Shown here: in pieces, positions 1-9,417 of the stretch
Layout: every line of letters begins with the position of its first letter
Position numbering within the stretch: position 1 is the stretch's first letter
Program-made: the position numbers and the translations under genes
Origin: Coriobacteriaceae bacterium
GTDB lineage: Bacteria; Actinomycetota; Coriobacteriia; Anaerosomatales; SLCP01
NCBI GenBank assembly: GCA_003563465.1
Contig: PWVH01000128.1
Coordinates: 25,504-89,503, forward strand
Direction: 5' to 3'
DNA length: 64,000 bases
The notes under the pieces: model-generated
Database searches by the model: none
Seen by the model: only the letters and a program-made list of their open reading frames with translations
Told to the model about the DNA's origin: nothing

Positions 1-90
1 CAGCAACGTCTCGATGAGCCATCTGCCGAAGCTCGGGAGCGCGCGCGTCTCGGGTTCCTCGATCTCCTGAAGCCTCGCTGGCTCAGTCAC
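1..90 (-). CDS. N-terminal fragment of an unidentified CDS (continues past window start)
   Basis: GTG at 88-90 lies 8 nt after a GGAGG inside the trmD 3' end. The frame stays open to position 1. It translates to VTEPARLQEIEEPETRALPSFGRWLIETLL, which is too short to name. Confidence 0.4.
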   Translation of the reverse strand, partial: MTEPARLQEIEEPETRALPSFGRWLIETLL

Positions 91-91
91 G

Positions 92-826
92 TTATTGGCC
101 TCCTTCGATGATTCGTGCCGCAAGAGCCCTTTCCGCTTCTGTGAGTTCGGCGGTTGCAAGCATTTCGGGGCGGTTGAGGGCAGTCTTGGCTATCGCTTGT
201 TCACGACGATACCTTGCGATGCGGGCGTGGTCACCACTTAGAAGCACGTCGGGGACGCTCATCTCTTCAAACACCTGTGGGCGAGTGTATTGGGGGTATT
301 CCAGAAGGCCTTCGGAGAACGACTCCTCCAATGTGGAGTCGGCGTGGCCTAAGACTTCTGGAAGAAGGCGTACCACGGCATCGATGACAACCATTGCCGG
401 CAGCTCCCCACCAGTAAGGACGTAGTCACCGATGGAGAGTTCGATATCTGCCAGAGTGAGGACTCTCTCATCGAAACCTTCGTATCGACCGCATATGACT
501 ATCATGCGCTCGGCCTCGGAAAGCCTGCCGGCTATCTTCTGTGTGAAGCGAGATCCGCTTGGCGTCATGAAGATCACGGTTGCGCGTGTGGGCTCGAGAT
601 CTTGTACGGTCCGCACTGCGCGGAATATCGGTTCGGGCTTCATCACCATGCCGGGACCGCCCCCATAAGGGTAGTCATCGGTCGTCCGGTGGCGATCGTC
701 GGTATGGTTTCGCAGATCATGCAGTCGTATCTTGACCAGGTTCCGCTCTCGAGCAAGGCCTATCACGGAAGCGGACAAGGGACCCTCGAACATGTCAGGC
801 AGTATCGTGATAACGTCTATGATCAA
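92..826 (-). CDS. trmD: tRNA (guanine37-N1)-methyltransferase TrmD
   Basis: 244-aa ORF. It has the MIIDVITILPDMFEGPL N-terminus and the DDYPYGGGPGMVMKPEP motif typical of TrmD. It sits in rimM-trmD synteny. Confidence 0.95.
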   Translation of the reverse strand: MIIDVITILPDMFEGPLSASVIGLARERNLVKIRLHDLRNHTDDRHRTTDDYPYGGGPGMVMKPEPIFRAVRTVQDLEPTRATVIFMTPSGSRFTQKIAGRLSEAERMIVICGRYEGFDERVLTLADIELSIGDYVLTGGELPAMVVIDAVVRLLPEVLGHADSTLEESFSEGLLEYPQYTRPQVFEEMSVPDVLLSGDHARIARYRREQAIAKTALNRPEMLATAELTEAERALAARIIEGGQ

Positions 827-1350
827 CGGGAAGGCTCCTCATCGATCAACCCAGGCAAGAGACGCACGCGGGCTCTTTCGTGCGCCTCGTCGATCTCGAG
901 AACCACGGAGTCTATAACGGGAATGAGTACTTGGCCGAAAGGTCCTGCGTCGATGACCCAAACGTCGTTGGCGCCGGTCTCTATCACGTCGGTTATTCGT
1001 CCGAGCATTCCGCGCTCCTCATCGATCACGCTCAGCCCGACGTAGGTCTTTGTTCCGTAATCCGACTCTTCCGGGACGTCAGCGGTTCGCGCTATCAGCG
1101 TGCGGCCACGAAGCGGTTCGGCGGCAGCACGGTCTTCGATACCGGCTATCTTGACGAGAGGGCCTTTCGGGCCGGGTCGCACCCACTGCACCGTACCGCG
1201 GCGTATCCCTTCGGGAGGTGGCACGATCCAGACCTCCAGGCCCTCATTAAGAGCCGAGGGAGAATCAGTGGTCGTTGCGACGGAGATCTCTCCTCCTGTG
1301 CCGTGAACCTTGACGATCCGCCCCACTGGGACGAAGGGCGTATCAATCAT
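823..1350 (-). CDS. rimM: 16S rRNA processing protein RimM
   Basis: 175 aa with a VGRIVKVHGTGGEI N-terminal barrel motif and a PRC-barrel-like C-terminus. It has a 4-nt overlap with trmD and sits in the rpsP-KH-rimM-trmD order. Confidence 0.9.
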   Translation of the reverse strand: MIDTPFVPVGRIVKVHGTGGEISVATTTDSPSALNEGLEVWIVPPPEGIRRGTVQWVRPGPKGPLVKIAGIEDRAAAEPLRGRTLIARTADVPEESDYGTKTYVGLSVIDEERGMLGRITDVIETGANDVWVIDAGPFGQVLIPVIDSVVLEIDEAHERARVRLLPGLIDEEPSR

Positions 1351-1355
1351 CGTCC

Positions 1356-1604
1356 CTACCCTAACACCTCGACTTCGACGTGCTCACCGTTGATGCTAGC
1401 GGCGGCGCGAGCTAGGGTGCGGATCGCCTTGATCACACGACCTTGGCGCCCGATCACCTTGCCGACGTCGTCGGGTGCGACCGACACCTCGAAGACGACC
1501 GAGTCACCACTCGACCGTTTCACGATGTCGACGGAATCGGGGTCGGCAACCAGAGAGCCGACAAGGTAGCGAACTAGGGCCTCCGGATCGGCTTCACGCG
1601 ACAT
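1356..1604 (-). CDS. KH-domain RNA-binding protein (YlqC/UPF0109 family)
   Basis: 82 aa with the GXXG KH motif GKVIGRQGRVIKAIRTL. It occupies the conserved position between rpsP and rimM. Confidence 0.85.
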   Translation of the reverse strand: MSREADPEALVRYLVGSLVADPDSVDIVKRSSGDSVVFEVSVAPDDVGKVIGRQGRVIKAIRTLARAAASINGEHVEVEVLG

Positions 1605-1619
1605 TTCGGGTGTGATCTC

Positions 1620-2051
1620 CTATTGTTCGGGGTCGGCTTCTGTGGCTTCGGCGGCCGACGCCTCTGCGGTCTCTTCGGGCACCGGCGGTTCCGTGTCGTT
1701 CTCAGCCGATACCTCCGCCCCAGAAGGCTCGGTTGCAACGGCGGACTCCTCGGATGCCTTGGCCCGGCTCTTCTTGGAAGGCTTGGGCTCTTTGACGGGC
1801 GCTTCGGCATCCGGATTCTTAGCGATGTCGAAGAGCTTCGCGACGGTAGGGCTCATTTGGGCACCTTTGTCGATCCATGCCTGGGTACGCTCGACGTCGA
1901 GTTCGATAGAACTGGGTTTCGAACGTGGATTGTACCGGCCGAGGATCTCTATGAAGCGACCGTCGCGTGGGGCTCGCGAATCGGCGGCGACGATGCGGTA
2001 GAGGGGGATCTTCTTAGCACCGGTGCGCGCCAGGCGGATCTTTACTGCCAA
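1620..2051 (-). CDS. rpsP: 30S ribosomal protein S16 with low-complexity C-terminal tail
   Basis: N-terminus [38 protein letters not shown] start at 2049-2051 with GGAGGTG 5 nt upstream. About 60 residues of Ala/Glu/Pro-rich tail follow the S16 core. Confidence 0.95.
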   Translation of the reverse strand: MAVKIRLARTGAKKIPLYRIVAADSRAPRDGRFIEILGRYNPRSKPSSIELDVERTQAWIDKGAQMSPTVAKLFDIAKNPDAEAPVKEPKPSKKSRAKASEESAVATEPSGAEVSAENDTEPPVPEETAEASAAEATEADPEQ

Positions 2052-2109
2052 CAGTTCACCTCCGAGTAAGGTGGCCGGTTACGGCCACGTGCACGCAAAA
2101 CGATTGCTC

Positions 2110-2138
2110 ATGATACGGCATACCTAGAAGAGGGTCAA
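2110..2138 (-). promoter_or_regulatory. putative sigma-70-type promoter of the rpsP operon
   Basis: Minus strand reads TTGACC (2138-2133), a 17-nt spacer, then TATCAT (2115-2110). A perfect hairpin GTGGCCG-TAAC-CGGCCAC follows in the 5' UTR. Confidence 0.5.
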
Positions 2139-2178
2139 AGCGAAGAGATAGGTGAACCGGGCTCGTCGAGCAGGCTGG

Positions 2179-3531
2179 CTAAGATGGCAGTCGCATGCCG
2201 CCGGGCATGCCGAATCCCCCTCGCTTCTTCTTGCCCGGACCGCCGGACTGGAGCTGCTTCATTAGCTTGCGCGCCTGGTTGAACTGTTTGACGAGTTGGT
2301 TGACGTCAAAGACCGTCACACCTGCACCTCTGGCGATACGTTCGCGTCTGGAGCCGTTCAACAGTTTGGGGTTTGCGCGCTCCTCGGCAGTCATGGAGCG
2401 TATTATCGCGGCGACCCTGTCAAGCTGGCGTTCGTCGATCTCGGCAGCATCGAGGTCTTTGAAGTGCCCGGCACCAGGCAACATCTTGAGCATGTCGCCG
2501 ATTCCACCCATCTTCTTCAGGTGTGTGAGCTGCAAAAGGAAGTCGTCGAAGGTGAACTCTGCTTTCCTGAGACGCTCCTCCATCTCCTCGGTCAAATCAG
2601 CATCGGCAGCCTCCGTCGCCTTCTCTATCAAAGTGACGACATCACCCATGCCCAGGATACGCTTGGCCATCCGGTCGGGGTGGAACGGCTCGAGGGCATC
2701 GAGTCTCTCACCGACGCCAGCGAACACGATCGGCTTTCCGGTGACCTCACGGATGGAAAGGGCAGCCCCTCCCCTGGCGTCGCCGTCGAGCTTCGACATG
2801 ATGACTCCGTCGAAATCCACCCGCTCAGAGAAGGCGGCTGCGGCGGTGACAGCGTCTTGGCCGGTCATGGCATCGACGACCATCAGCACCTGGTCGGGCT
2901 TGAGAGCGGCTTTCACCCTGGCTGCCTCGTCCATCATCTTCTCGTCCACGTGCAGGCGTCCCGCAGTGTCTACGATAGCCAGGTCGCGCATCGAGGCGAT
3001 AGCTTCTTTGACTCCGGCCTTTGCGATCGCCTCGACGTCGGTACCCTCCCCGCGAAAGACAGGTATGTCAAGCTCACGGCCTAAGGATTCGAGCTGGTCA
3101 ATGGCGGCAGGCCGATAGATGTCGCAAGCGATGAGTATGGGTCGCTTGCCCTGCTTACGCAGATGGTTGGCCAGCTTAGCTGCAGCCGTGGTCTTACCGG
3201 AGCCTTGCAAGCCTACGAGCATGACGATTCCAGGTATCCGGCTAGTGAGAATCAGACGGGATTCGGTCTCGCCGAGGAGAGAGGTGAGCTCCTCCAAGAC
3301 GATACGGACGACGGTCTGACCTGGCGTGAGGCTCTTGGATACCTCGGCGCCTACGGTGCGCTGGCGCACGCGCTCGACAAATGACTTGACCACCTTGAAG
3401 TTCACGTCGGCTTCTAGCAGTGCAAGACGGATCTCACGCATCGCCGTGTCGACGTCAGCTTCGGATAGCCTGCCTCTGCCAGTGAGGTCAGCGAAGATCG
3501 ACTGCAATCTTTCGGAGAGATTCTGGAACAT
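2179..3531 (-). CDS. ffh: signal recognition particle protein Ffh
   Basis: 450 aa with P-loop GLQGSGKTTAAAKLA, DTAGRLH, and a Met/Gly-rich M-domain C-terminus. Confidence 0.97.
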   Translation of the reverse strand: MFQNLSERLQSIFADLTGRGRLSEADVDTAMREIRLALLEADVNFKVVKSFVERVRQRTVGAEVSKSLTPGQTVVRIVLEELTSLLGETESRLILTSRIPGIVMLVGLQGSGKTTAAAKLANHLRKQGKRPILIACDIYRPAAIDQLESLGRELDIPVFRGEGTDVEAIAKAGVKEAIASMRDLAIVDTAGRLHVDEKMMDEAARVKAALKPDQVLMVVDAMTGQDAVTAAAAFSERVDFDGVIMSKLDGDARGGAALSIREVTGKPIVFAGVGERLDALEPFHPDRMAKRILGMGDVVTLIEKATEAADADLTEEMEERLRKAEFTFDDFLLQLTHLKKMGGIGDMLKMLPGAGHFKDLDAAEIDERQLDRVAAIIRSMTAEERANPKLLNGSRRERIARGAGVTVFDVNQLVKQFNQARKLMKQLQSGGPGKKKRGGFGMPGGMRLPS

Positions 3532-3580
3532 GGACTATCCTCCAGGACGCGTCCGTACAGGCTAGTAGGTGCCCCTGGAC

Positions 3581-4120
3581 TCAGTCAACCGGGCCGAATC
3601 GGGTTATCGGTGAGAACACGAGCACCAATCGGCCTCTGACGTATTCTAGAGCGACCGGGCCGTAGAAGCGGCTGTCGAGCGAAGCGGGACGGTTGTCGCC
3701 GAGCACGAAGACGTGTCCCTCGGGAACGACGATCTCGGGCGTGGAAACGTCATCGGGGCTCAGCAGCACAGAGGTCGAGCTTTCCTCCGGGATTCCGTTG
3801 ATGAACGCGGTTCCCCTGTCTATTCGTACGCTGTCTCCGTTTAAGGCAAGGACTCGTTTGACTAAGTCGCGGCGCTCGAAGCCTGGTCTTGGAGAGACGC
3901 GAACTACTACCAAGTCTCCTATCTTCGGGTCGGCATAACCGCGGGTGATCAGGACCCGGTCACCGTCTTGCAGAGTCGGCAGCATTGATTCACCGGTCAC
4001 GCGTAGCGGAAAGAACGCGATCCAGAAGACGGCTAAGACGCATACCAGTATGAGCAGAAGAGGGATGAGGATTCGACGGGCTATCCTGTCGCCACGGCCG
4101 GCCGGTCCGAAAACGAGCAC
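3581..4120 (-). CDS. lepB: signal peptidase I
   Basis: N-terminal TM segment, catalytic Ser box GESMLPTL, Lys box LVKRVLALNGD, and GDNRPASLDSR box. Confidence 0.85.
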   Translation of the reverse strand: MLVFGPAGRGDRIARRILIPLLLILVCVLAVFWIAFFPLRVTGESMLPTLQDGDRVLITRGYADPKIGDLVVVRVSPRPGFERRDLVKRVLALNGDSVRIDRGTAFINGIPEESSTSVLLSPDDVSTPEIVVPEGHVFVLGDNRPASLDSRFYGPVALEYVRGRLVLVFSPITRFGPVD

Positions 4121-4122
4121 TG

Positions 4123-5037
4123 CTATCCCCTGCCGATCAAGGCGCGGGCGAACTCCTCGGCGACAAAGGGCTTCAAATCGTCGATGCCCTCACCTATCCC
4201 TACGCGAACCACCGGCAGGCCGAGTTCGCGGACGATCGCCACGGCGATGCCGCCTTTTGCAGTTCCGTCGAGTTTTGTGAGAACTATCCCGTCGAGCTTG
4301 AGCGCAGCGTCGAACTTCCGTGCCTGCGCGAGTCCATTCTGGCCGGTGGTGGCGTCCATGACTAGAAGTGTCATGACAGGAGCGAGGGTCTCGCGTTTGG
4401 CGACGCGCTGAACCTTCTGCAACTCCTTCATAAGGTCTGCAGAAGTGTGGAGACGGCCAGCGGTGTCGATCAGTGTCAGGTCGGGACGGCGTTCGTTCGC
4501 TGCTACTACCGTGTCGAAGGTAACTGCTGCCGGGTCGGCTCCTCGTTCGCGGCTGATGACTGGAACGGAAGCCCGTTCTGCGATGATGTCGAGCTGCTCG
4601 ATCGCCGCTGCTCGGAAGGTGTCTGCCGAGCCGAGAAGAACACTGCGACCAGCGTCGACGGCTTCTTTGGCAAGTTTGCCGATGGTCGTTGTCTTTCCGG
4701 TGCCGTTGACGCCTACTACGAGGATTACTACGGGCGAGACGGCCAATGGGTCGGATACATCGGTGGGAAACTCCGAGGCGATCTCTTCGGCAAGGTGCTC
4801 GATCACCGACTCTGCATCGGGAAGTGCCTTGCGTGAAGCGGTGTCGCGAAGCCTTTCGACGATGTCTGTGACGGCAGCCACACCGATATCCGCTCCGACT
4901 AAGACGTCCTCGAGATCCTCCCAAAACGCGACGTCGAGATCCGGGCCTCTGCCGACGAGAACGTTGAGCTGACCTTCGAGCCGCCCGCGACTCTTGGCGA
5001 GTCCCTCACTTATGCGTCTATACCAAGGCGTGGCCAT
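4123..5037 (-). CDS. ftsY: signal recognition particle receptor FtsY
   Basis: GVNGTGKTTTIGKLA P-loop, DTAGRLH, TKLDGTAKGG. It sits next to smc as in many Gram-positives. Confidence 0.95.
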   Translation of the reverse strand: MATPWYRRISEGLAKSRGRLEGQLNVLVGRGPDLDVAFWEDLEDVLVGADIGVAAVTDIVERLRDTASRKALPDAESVIEHLAEEIASEFPTDVSDPLAVSPVVILVVGVNGTGKTTTIGKLAKEAVDAGRSVLLGSADTFRAAAIEQLDIIAERASVPVISRERGADPAAVTFDTVVAANERRPDLTLIDTAGRLHTSADLMKELQKVQRVAKRETLAPVMTLLVMDATTGQNGLAQARKFDAALKLDGIVLTKLDGTAKGGIAVAIVRELGLPVVRVGIGEGIDDLKPFVAEEFARALIGRG

Positions 5038-8000
5038 CAGCGGGTTCCTGGCTGGTCAATTCCACTTGATCGAGTCTCTGGCTGACGACCTTGCTGACAC
5101 CGTCGGCGTGCATAGAAACGCCGTAGAGGACATCGGCCATCTCCATCGTGCGACGCTGATGTGTGACTATTATGAACTGGGTGTGCGCACGCATGGTATT
5201 CGTGAGCGCGATGAAGCGTCTGAGATTGGAGTCATCGAGGGCGGCCTCGACCTCATCTAAGAGGTGGAATGGGCATAGGCGAGTGCGGTAGACCGCGAAC
5301 AGGAGCGCCAGTGCGGTAAGCGACTTCTCGCCCCCGCTCATCAGCGTCATCTTGGATAGCTTCTTGCCTCTAGGCTGGGCAGTCACTTCGACACCTGTGG
5401 TCTCCGGATCGTCAGGTTCGGTGAGTTCCAAAGAAGAGTGTCCGCCAGGGAACAGCACGGCGAAGACCTCCTGAAAGTGGCCGTTTACCTGCTCGAAGGT
5501 CTCGAGGAAGCGATCCCGGATCTTGCGGTCGATAGCTGCCACGACCTTGTTAAGAGCGCGTCGGCTGGCTAGAAGGTCTTCAACCTGTTCGGTCATGAAG
5601 TCACGGCGAGCCTTCAAAGCCTCATATTCCTGCATGGCCACGGGGTTCACAGGACCGAGATTCTCTAGACGCTTACGAAGGGCGTGAGCACGATCTTCCG
5701 CCGATGTACGCGTCTCGAGGGGCTCCTGCTCGAGCGCGCGTTCCAGGGGCATGCCGTACTCATCGACGATGCGCGCCACGGCGGACTTCACCTGAATCTC
5801 GAGCTGACCTTTGTCGACTCGTGTGTCACTCATGAGCGAAGACTGGTCGTCTATCTGGGCCTGTATGGCACGGACGGCGTCCTGGGCCTCCCGGATGGTT
5901 CCCCGCAACGACTCGGAGTCGGCCTGTTCGAAGCGTGCACGGTCCTTGAGTTTCACCGCCCAGTGCTCTGCGCGTTCGAGTAGAGCGCTGTAGAGATCGT
6001 GGAGAGGCTGCAATCGCTCGCGCAAAACCTCAAGAGCGGCCTCTGTCTCGCGGGAGTGCCTGACGGTGTCCTCGAGTTCAGCCAGTTCGGAGGAGATTGT
6101 AGTCACCTGCCTCTTGAGGTGGACCTCGCGTTCGGAGATGGTGGCTATGTCGACTTGGCATGCGGAGAGGCGCTCGTTGATCGCTGTCTCCTCATTGAAG
6201 AGAGCGTCCCGTTGTTCTTGGGCCACCGCCGCCCTCTCCTCGAGTTCTGAAAGAGCGGCTTGCGCATCCTCGATGCCCTTTCTCAAGTCCTCTGCGGCGG
6301 GGATCTCCTTCTCGGCGCGCTGCTCTATCTCGAGAATGCGCTTGTCGATGCGTTCGGTCTCAGAGTCAAGGGAGGTAAGAGCTGCTTCCAGACGGCCGAT
6401 CTCTTCTCGGAGCGAGTCGTTCTCACCAGCGAGCTGTGCGAGCTTCTGGCCGAGTTCGAGTGCATCAAGTTGCGCGGCAGCAAGTGCTTCCTCGGCAGAA
6501 GAAGTTGCCGCCTCATGATCGCCGACGGCCACGTTCAGTGCGGCTACTTGGTCCTCCAGTTCTGTGAGACTCCGTTTGCGCGCCAGGACCCCGGCTCCGT
6601 CGGTGGCCATGACCCTGCCCAAGGTCACCTTTCCTCCTGGCCACGCGATGGCACCGGCCGGCGTGGCGAACCGTGCTCCGGTTCGGTCTGTGCGAAGTGC
6701 GGATAATGCCTCCGGAAGGGAATCGACCACGTATACATCGCCGAGCAGTGCTTCGACGGCGGGGAGTAGGGCGGTATCGCAGTCAAGGAGGTCAAGCAGC
6801 CTGGTGCCGGAGGTGGCTGGAAGACGCTCTGGAGGCGCAGGTGCATCCAAAGGGATCAAACAGAGTTCGCCCTCGGCCTGCGAAGCGGCAGCGTCGGCTA
6901 TCGTCAGGGCGTCATCGGTGTCCCTGACGAGAATGGCGAAAAGATCGGTCCCGAGAAGATGCTCTAGAAGGCGCTCGTATTCCTCGGGAACGCTGATACG
7001 CTCGGCGAACGGCCCCACAAGTTCAGGAAGCTCGCGCTCGTGGGCGAGCGCCCATGCGAGTGCAGGTGAGGCGGATTCGAAGGCTCGGTCGATCTCCTCT
7101 AGGGCGCGAACTTCGGCACAGGCCTTGGCGAGATGATCTCGTACAGAAGAGAGGTCCTTGCGGCGGCTTTCCAGAACCCGCACGCGTTTGTCGACATCTC
7201 TGTCTGCCAATGCACGCTCCTTGCGAACCTGCGCTAGATCGATATCGAGTTGTGCGAGGTGTGCCCTTCTACTGGAGAGTGTGGACGCGACCCTGGCGTG
7301 CTGTTCGCGGAGGCCATGAGCGTGCTCGACTAGCATGTCGGTTTCAGCACTGAACGAGGAGAGCTGCTGCTCGAGAGTCGCGAGTTCGGTGCGCTTGTCG
7401 TCGAGGTCTTTGCGCGTACGTCGTATCTCACCAGTGACTTCGGCAAGAGCCCCGTCGGCATTAAGGCGCTCCTTCTTGGAGTTCTCGGCCTCCCGACGCA
7501 GCTGAGCGAGCTGACCGTAGTGTGCCTTGAGGGTCGCGTCGGTCTCGGCGCGGTCTTGGGCTAGACGCTCCAGTTCGACCTTTCGAGCGGTTGCTCGGGT
7601 CTGAGCCTGATAGAGCTTCGCACGCAACTCGCTCAAGCGTGCGACAAGATGCTTGCCTTTCTCCTCAAGAAGAAGAAGCCCAGAGTTGATTCTTTCAAGA
7701 ACCGAGAGCAGGCGGCGACGCTGTTCGGAGATGTCTCCGACGAACAAGCCCTTCTCCTCCAGGAGGGTCTGGAAATCAGACAGCTCACGTTCCTTTTCCG
7801 CAAGGCTTTGTCGAAGGAGCTCTATTCGGGCCTCTTGCTCGTTCTCACGTTCGGCCAGTGCGTCCCACTCACTCTGAAGTCGTCGCAGTTCGTCGACAGC
7901 GAGGGCGGTCTCTAACGTGGAAAGCTCTTCGCGCATCTGGGCGTGCTGGGCTGCACGGGCTGCCTGGCGTTGAAGGGGCCGCAGCTGGCGGTCGATCTCG

Positions 8001-8587
8001 GCGACGATGTCCCGGGCGCGTTCTATATGAGCATCCATACCCGCGAGCTTGCGAAGCGACCGTTCCTTGCGCTTCTTGTGCTTGAGTACGCCTGCAGCTT
8101 CCTCTATCAAGGTTCTGCGGTCTTCGGGCCGTGAATTGAGGATCTCATCCAGTCGTCCCTGACTGATCACCGAGTTGGTATCCCGACCGAGACCCGTGTC
8201 GTGGAGCAGCTCCTGAACGTCCATGAGCCGACAAGGTGTCTGGTTTATGAGGTACTCGCTTTCGCCGTTCCTGTACATGCGGCGGGTGATAGTTACCTCA
8301 CTGAACTCCACCGGCAAAGCGCCGTCGGAGTTGTCCAGTACCATGTCGACTTCGGCCACTCCAACAGGACGCCTTGCCGAAGACCCTGCGAAGATGACGT
8401 CTTCCATAGCTTGTCCGCGAAGTGACTTGGCGGATTGTTCGCCGAGGACCCAGAGGACGGCGTCGGATATGTTGGACTTCCCGGATCCATTGGGGCCCAC
8501 GATGACGGTAACGCCCGGTTCAAGTGAGAGGGCCGTCTTGTCGGCAAAGGATTTGAAACCCTTGAGTATGAGGGATTTCAGATACAA
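5018..8587 (-). CDS. smc: chromosome partition protein SMC
   Basis: 1189 aa with Walker A GPNGSGKSNI, long heptad-rich coiled coils, a central hinge, the C-terminal signature LSGGEKSLTALALLFA, and Walker B LLDEVEAALD. Confidence 0.97.
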   Translation of the reverse strand: MYLKSLILKGFKSFADKTALSLEPGVTVIVGPNGSGKSNISDAVLWVLGEQSAKSLRGQAMEDVIFAGSSARRPVGVAEVDMVLDNSDGALPVEFSEVTITRRMYRNGESEYLINQTPCRLMDVQELLHDTGLGRDTNSVISQGRLDEILNSRPEDRRTLIEEAAGVLKHKKRKERSLRKLAGMDAHIERARDIVAEIDRQLRPLQRQAARAAQHAQMREELSTLETALAVDELRRLQSEWDALAERENEQEARIELLRQSLAEKERELSDFQTLLEEKGLFVGDISEQRRRLLSVLERINSGLLLLEEKGKHLVARLSELRAKLYQAQTRATARKVELERLAQDRAETDATLKAHYGQLAQLRREAENSKKERLNADGALAEVTGEIRRTRKDLDDKRTELATLEQQLSSFSAETDMLVEHAHGLREQHARVASTLSSRRAHLAQLDIDLAQVRKERALADRDVDKRVRVLESRRKDLSSVRDHLAKACAEVRALEEIDRAFESASPALAWALAHERELPELVGPFAERISVPEEYERLLEHLLGTDLFAILVRDTDDALTIADAAASQAEGELCLIPLDAPAPPERLPATSGTRLLDLLDCDTALLPAVEALLGDVYVVDSLPEALSALRTDRTGARFATPAGAIAWPGGKVTLGRVMATDGAGVLARKRSLTELEDQVAALNVAVGDHEAATSSAEEALAAAQLDALELGQKLAQLAGENDSLREEIGRLEAALTSLDSETERIDKRILEIEQRAEKEIPAAEDLRKGIEDAQAALSELEERAAVAQEQRDALFNEETAINERLSACQVDIATISEREVHLKRQVTTISSELAELEDTVRHSRETEAALEVLRERLQPLHDLYSALLERAEHWAVKLKDRARFEQADSESLRGTIREAQDAVRAIQAQIDDQSSLMSDTRVDKGQLEIQVKSAVARIVDEYGMPLERALEQEPLETRTSAEDRAHALRKRLENLGPVNPVAMQEYEALKARRDFMTEQVEDLLASRRALNKVVAAIDRKIRDRFLETFEQVNGHFQEVFAVLFPGGHSSLELTEPDDPETTGVEVTAQPRGKKLSKMTLMSGGEKSLTALALLFAVYRTRLCPFHLLDEVEAALDDSNLRRFIALTNTMRAHTQFIIVTHQRRTMEMADVLYGVSMHADGVSKVVSQRLDQVELTSQEPADGHALV

Positions 8588-8690
8588 AGAAGGCCTTTCG
8601 CGACGAGCAATGATTCGTTACAGGAGCGCGCGACGCGTGCCTGAACGCTGGTGATTCTACCACAGCGACATGTCCGCATCGGTGGGCTTC

Positions 8691-9410
8691 TCAGCCGTTC
8701 GAACCTTCGCGCAGCGTGGAAAGCGCTCGAGCAGCAGCCAGCATCTCGGCCTCCTTCTTAGTGCTGCCGCTGCCCCTGCCGAGCACACTTCCTCCGATGG
8801 TGACCTCTGCCTCAAAGCGCGGATCGTGGGGTGGGCCTGCCTCAGCGACTATGCGGTAGCTGACGATCTGCCTGCGTGCTTGAGCAATCTCTTGGAGACG
8901 TGACTTCGGGTGCTCGAGGTCGACCTTTTCGAGGGCTTCGGCAGTGATGAGGTGGCCGAGTGCTGAGCGTACGAACGAGCGTGCGGGCTCCAATCCCCCA
9001 TCGAGGTATATCGCACCTGCCACTCCCTCGAAGACGTTCTCCAAAGCAGACCTCAGTCCCCGGCCCTCCGTACCGGCTTCGGAATCGCCGATGACTATGA
9101 ACGGAGTCAGACCGAGATCCTCGGCGGCTTGCGAGAGGACGGATCCTGCAACCACCGATATTTTGAGCTTCGTCATCTCTCCTTCGGACAGATGAGTGAA
9201 GCGGCGATAGATCTCTTCGACGATCATGAGGTTGATTACGGCATCGCCGAGGAACTCGAGACGTTCGTAACTAAGGATTTCACACTCGTCACCTATAGCG
9301 CTGGGATGGGTCAGCGCCTGTAGAAGGAGGGAGCGGTCAGAGAAACGATAGCCGAGGATGTCCTCAGCCGCGTCGAGGGTTCTGAAGTCGGGTGTGGACG
9401 GGTCGGACAC
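8691..9410 (-). CDS. rnc: ribonuclease III
   Basis: RNase III signature ERLEFLGDAV plus a C-terminal dsRNA-binding domain (GSGSTKKEAEMLAA). Confidence 0.95.
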   Translation of the reverse strand: MSDPSTPDFRTLDAAEDILGYRFSDRSLLLQALTHPSAIGDECEILSYERLEFLGDAVINLMIVEEIYRRFTHLSEGEMTKLKISVVAGSVLSQAAEDLGLTPFIVIGDSEAGTEGRGLRSALENVFEGVAGAIYLDGGLEPARSFVRSALGHLITAEALEKVDLEHPKSRLQEIAQARRQIVSYRIVAEAGPPHDPRFEAEVTIGGSVLGRGSGSTKKEAEMLAAARALSTLREGSNG

Positions 9411-9417
9411 GGTGCCC

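Noticed and set aside
2195-3118. 307-aa and 262-aa plus-strand ORFs antisense to ffh. The same pattern recurs elsewhere: 36299-37135 antisense to metK, 23694-24551 across asp23/fakA, 59356-60060 antisense to ribD, and 29572-30495 antisense to glpX.
   Set aside because: High GC suppresses stop codons on the antisense strand. The translations are Ser/Arg/Ala/Pro-rich with no recognisable domains, while the opposite strand encodes clearly conserved proteins.
4190-4924. 244-aa Arg-rich ORF on the same strand as ftsY but in another frame. Similar alternate-frame ORFs lie at 56613-57251 over ribH and 27609-28019 over thiT.
   Set aside because: These are alternative frames of well-supported genes. 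Their composition (over 25% Arg by eye) is typical of off-frame GC-rich translation.
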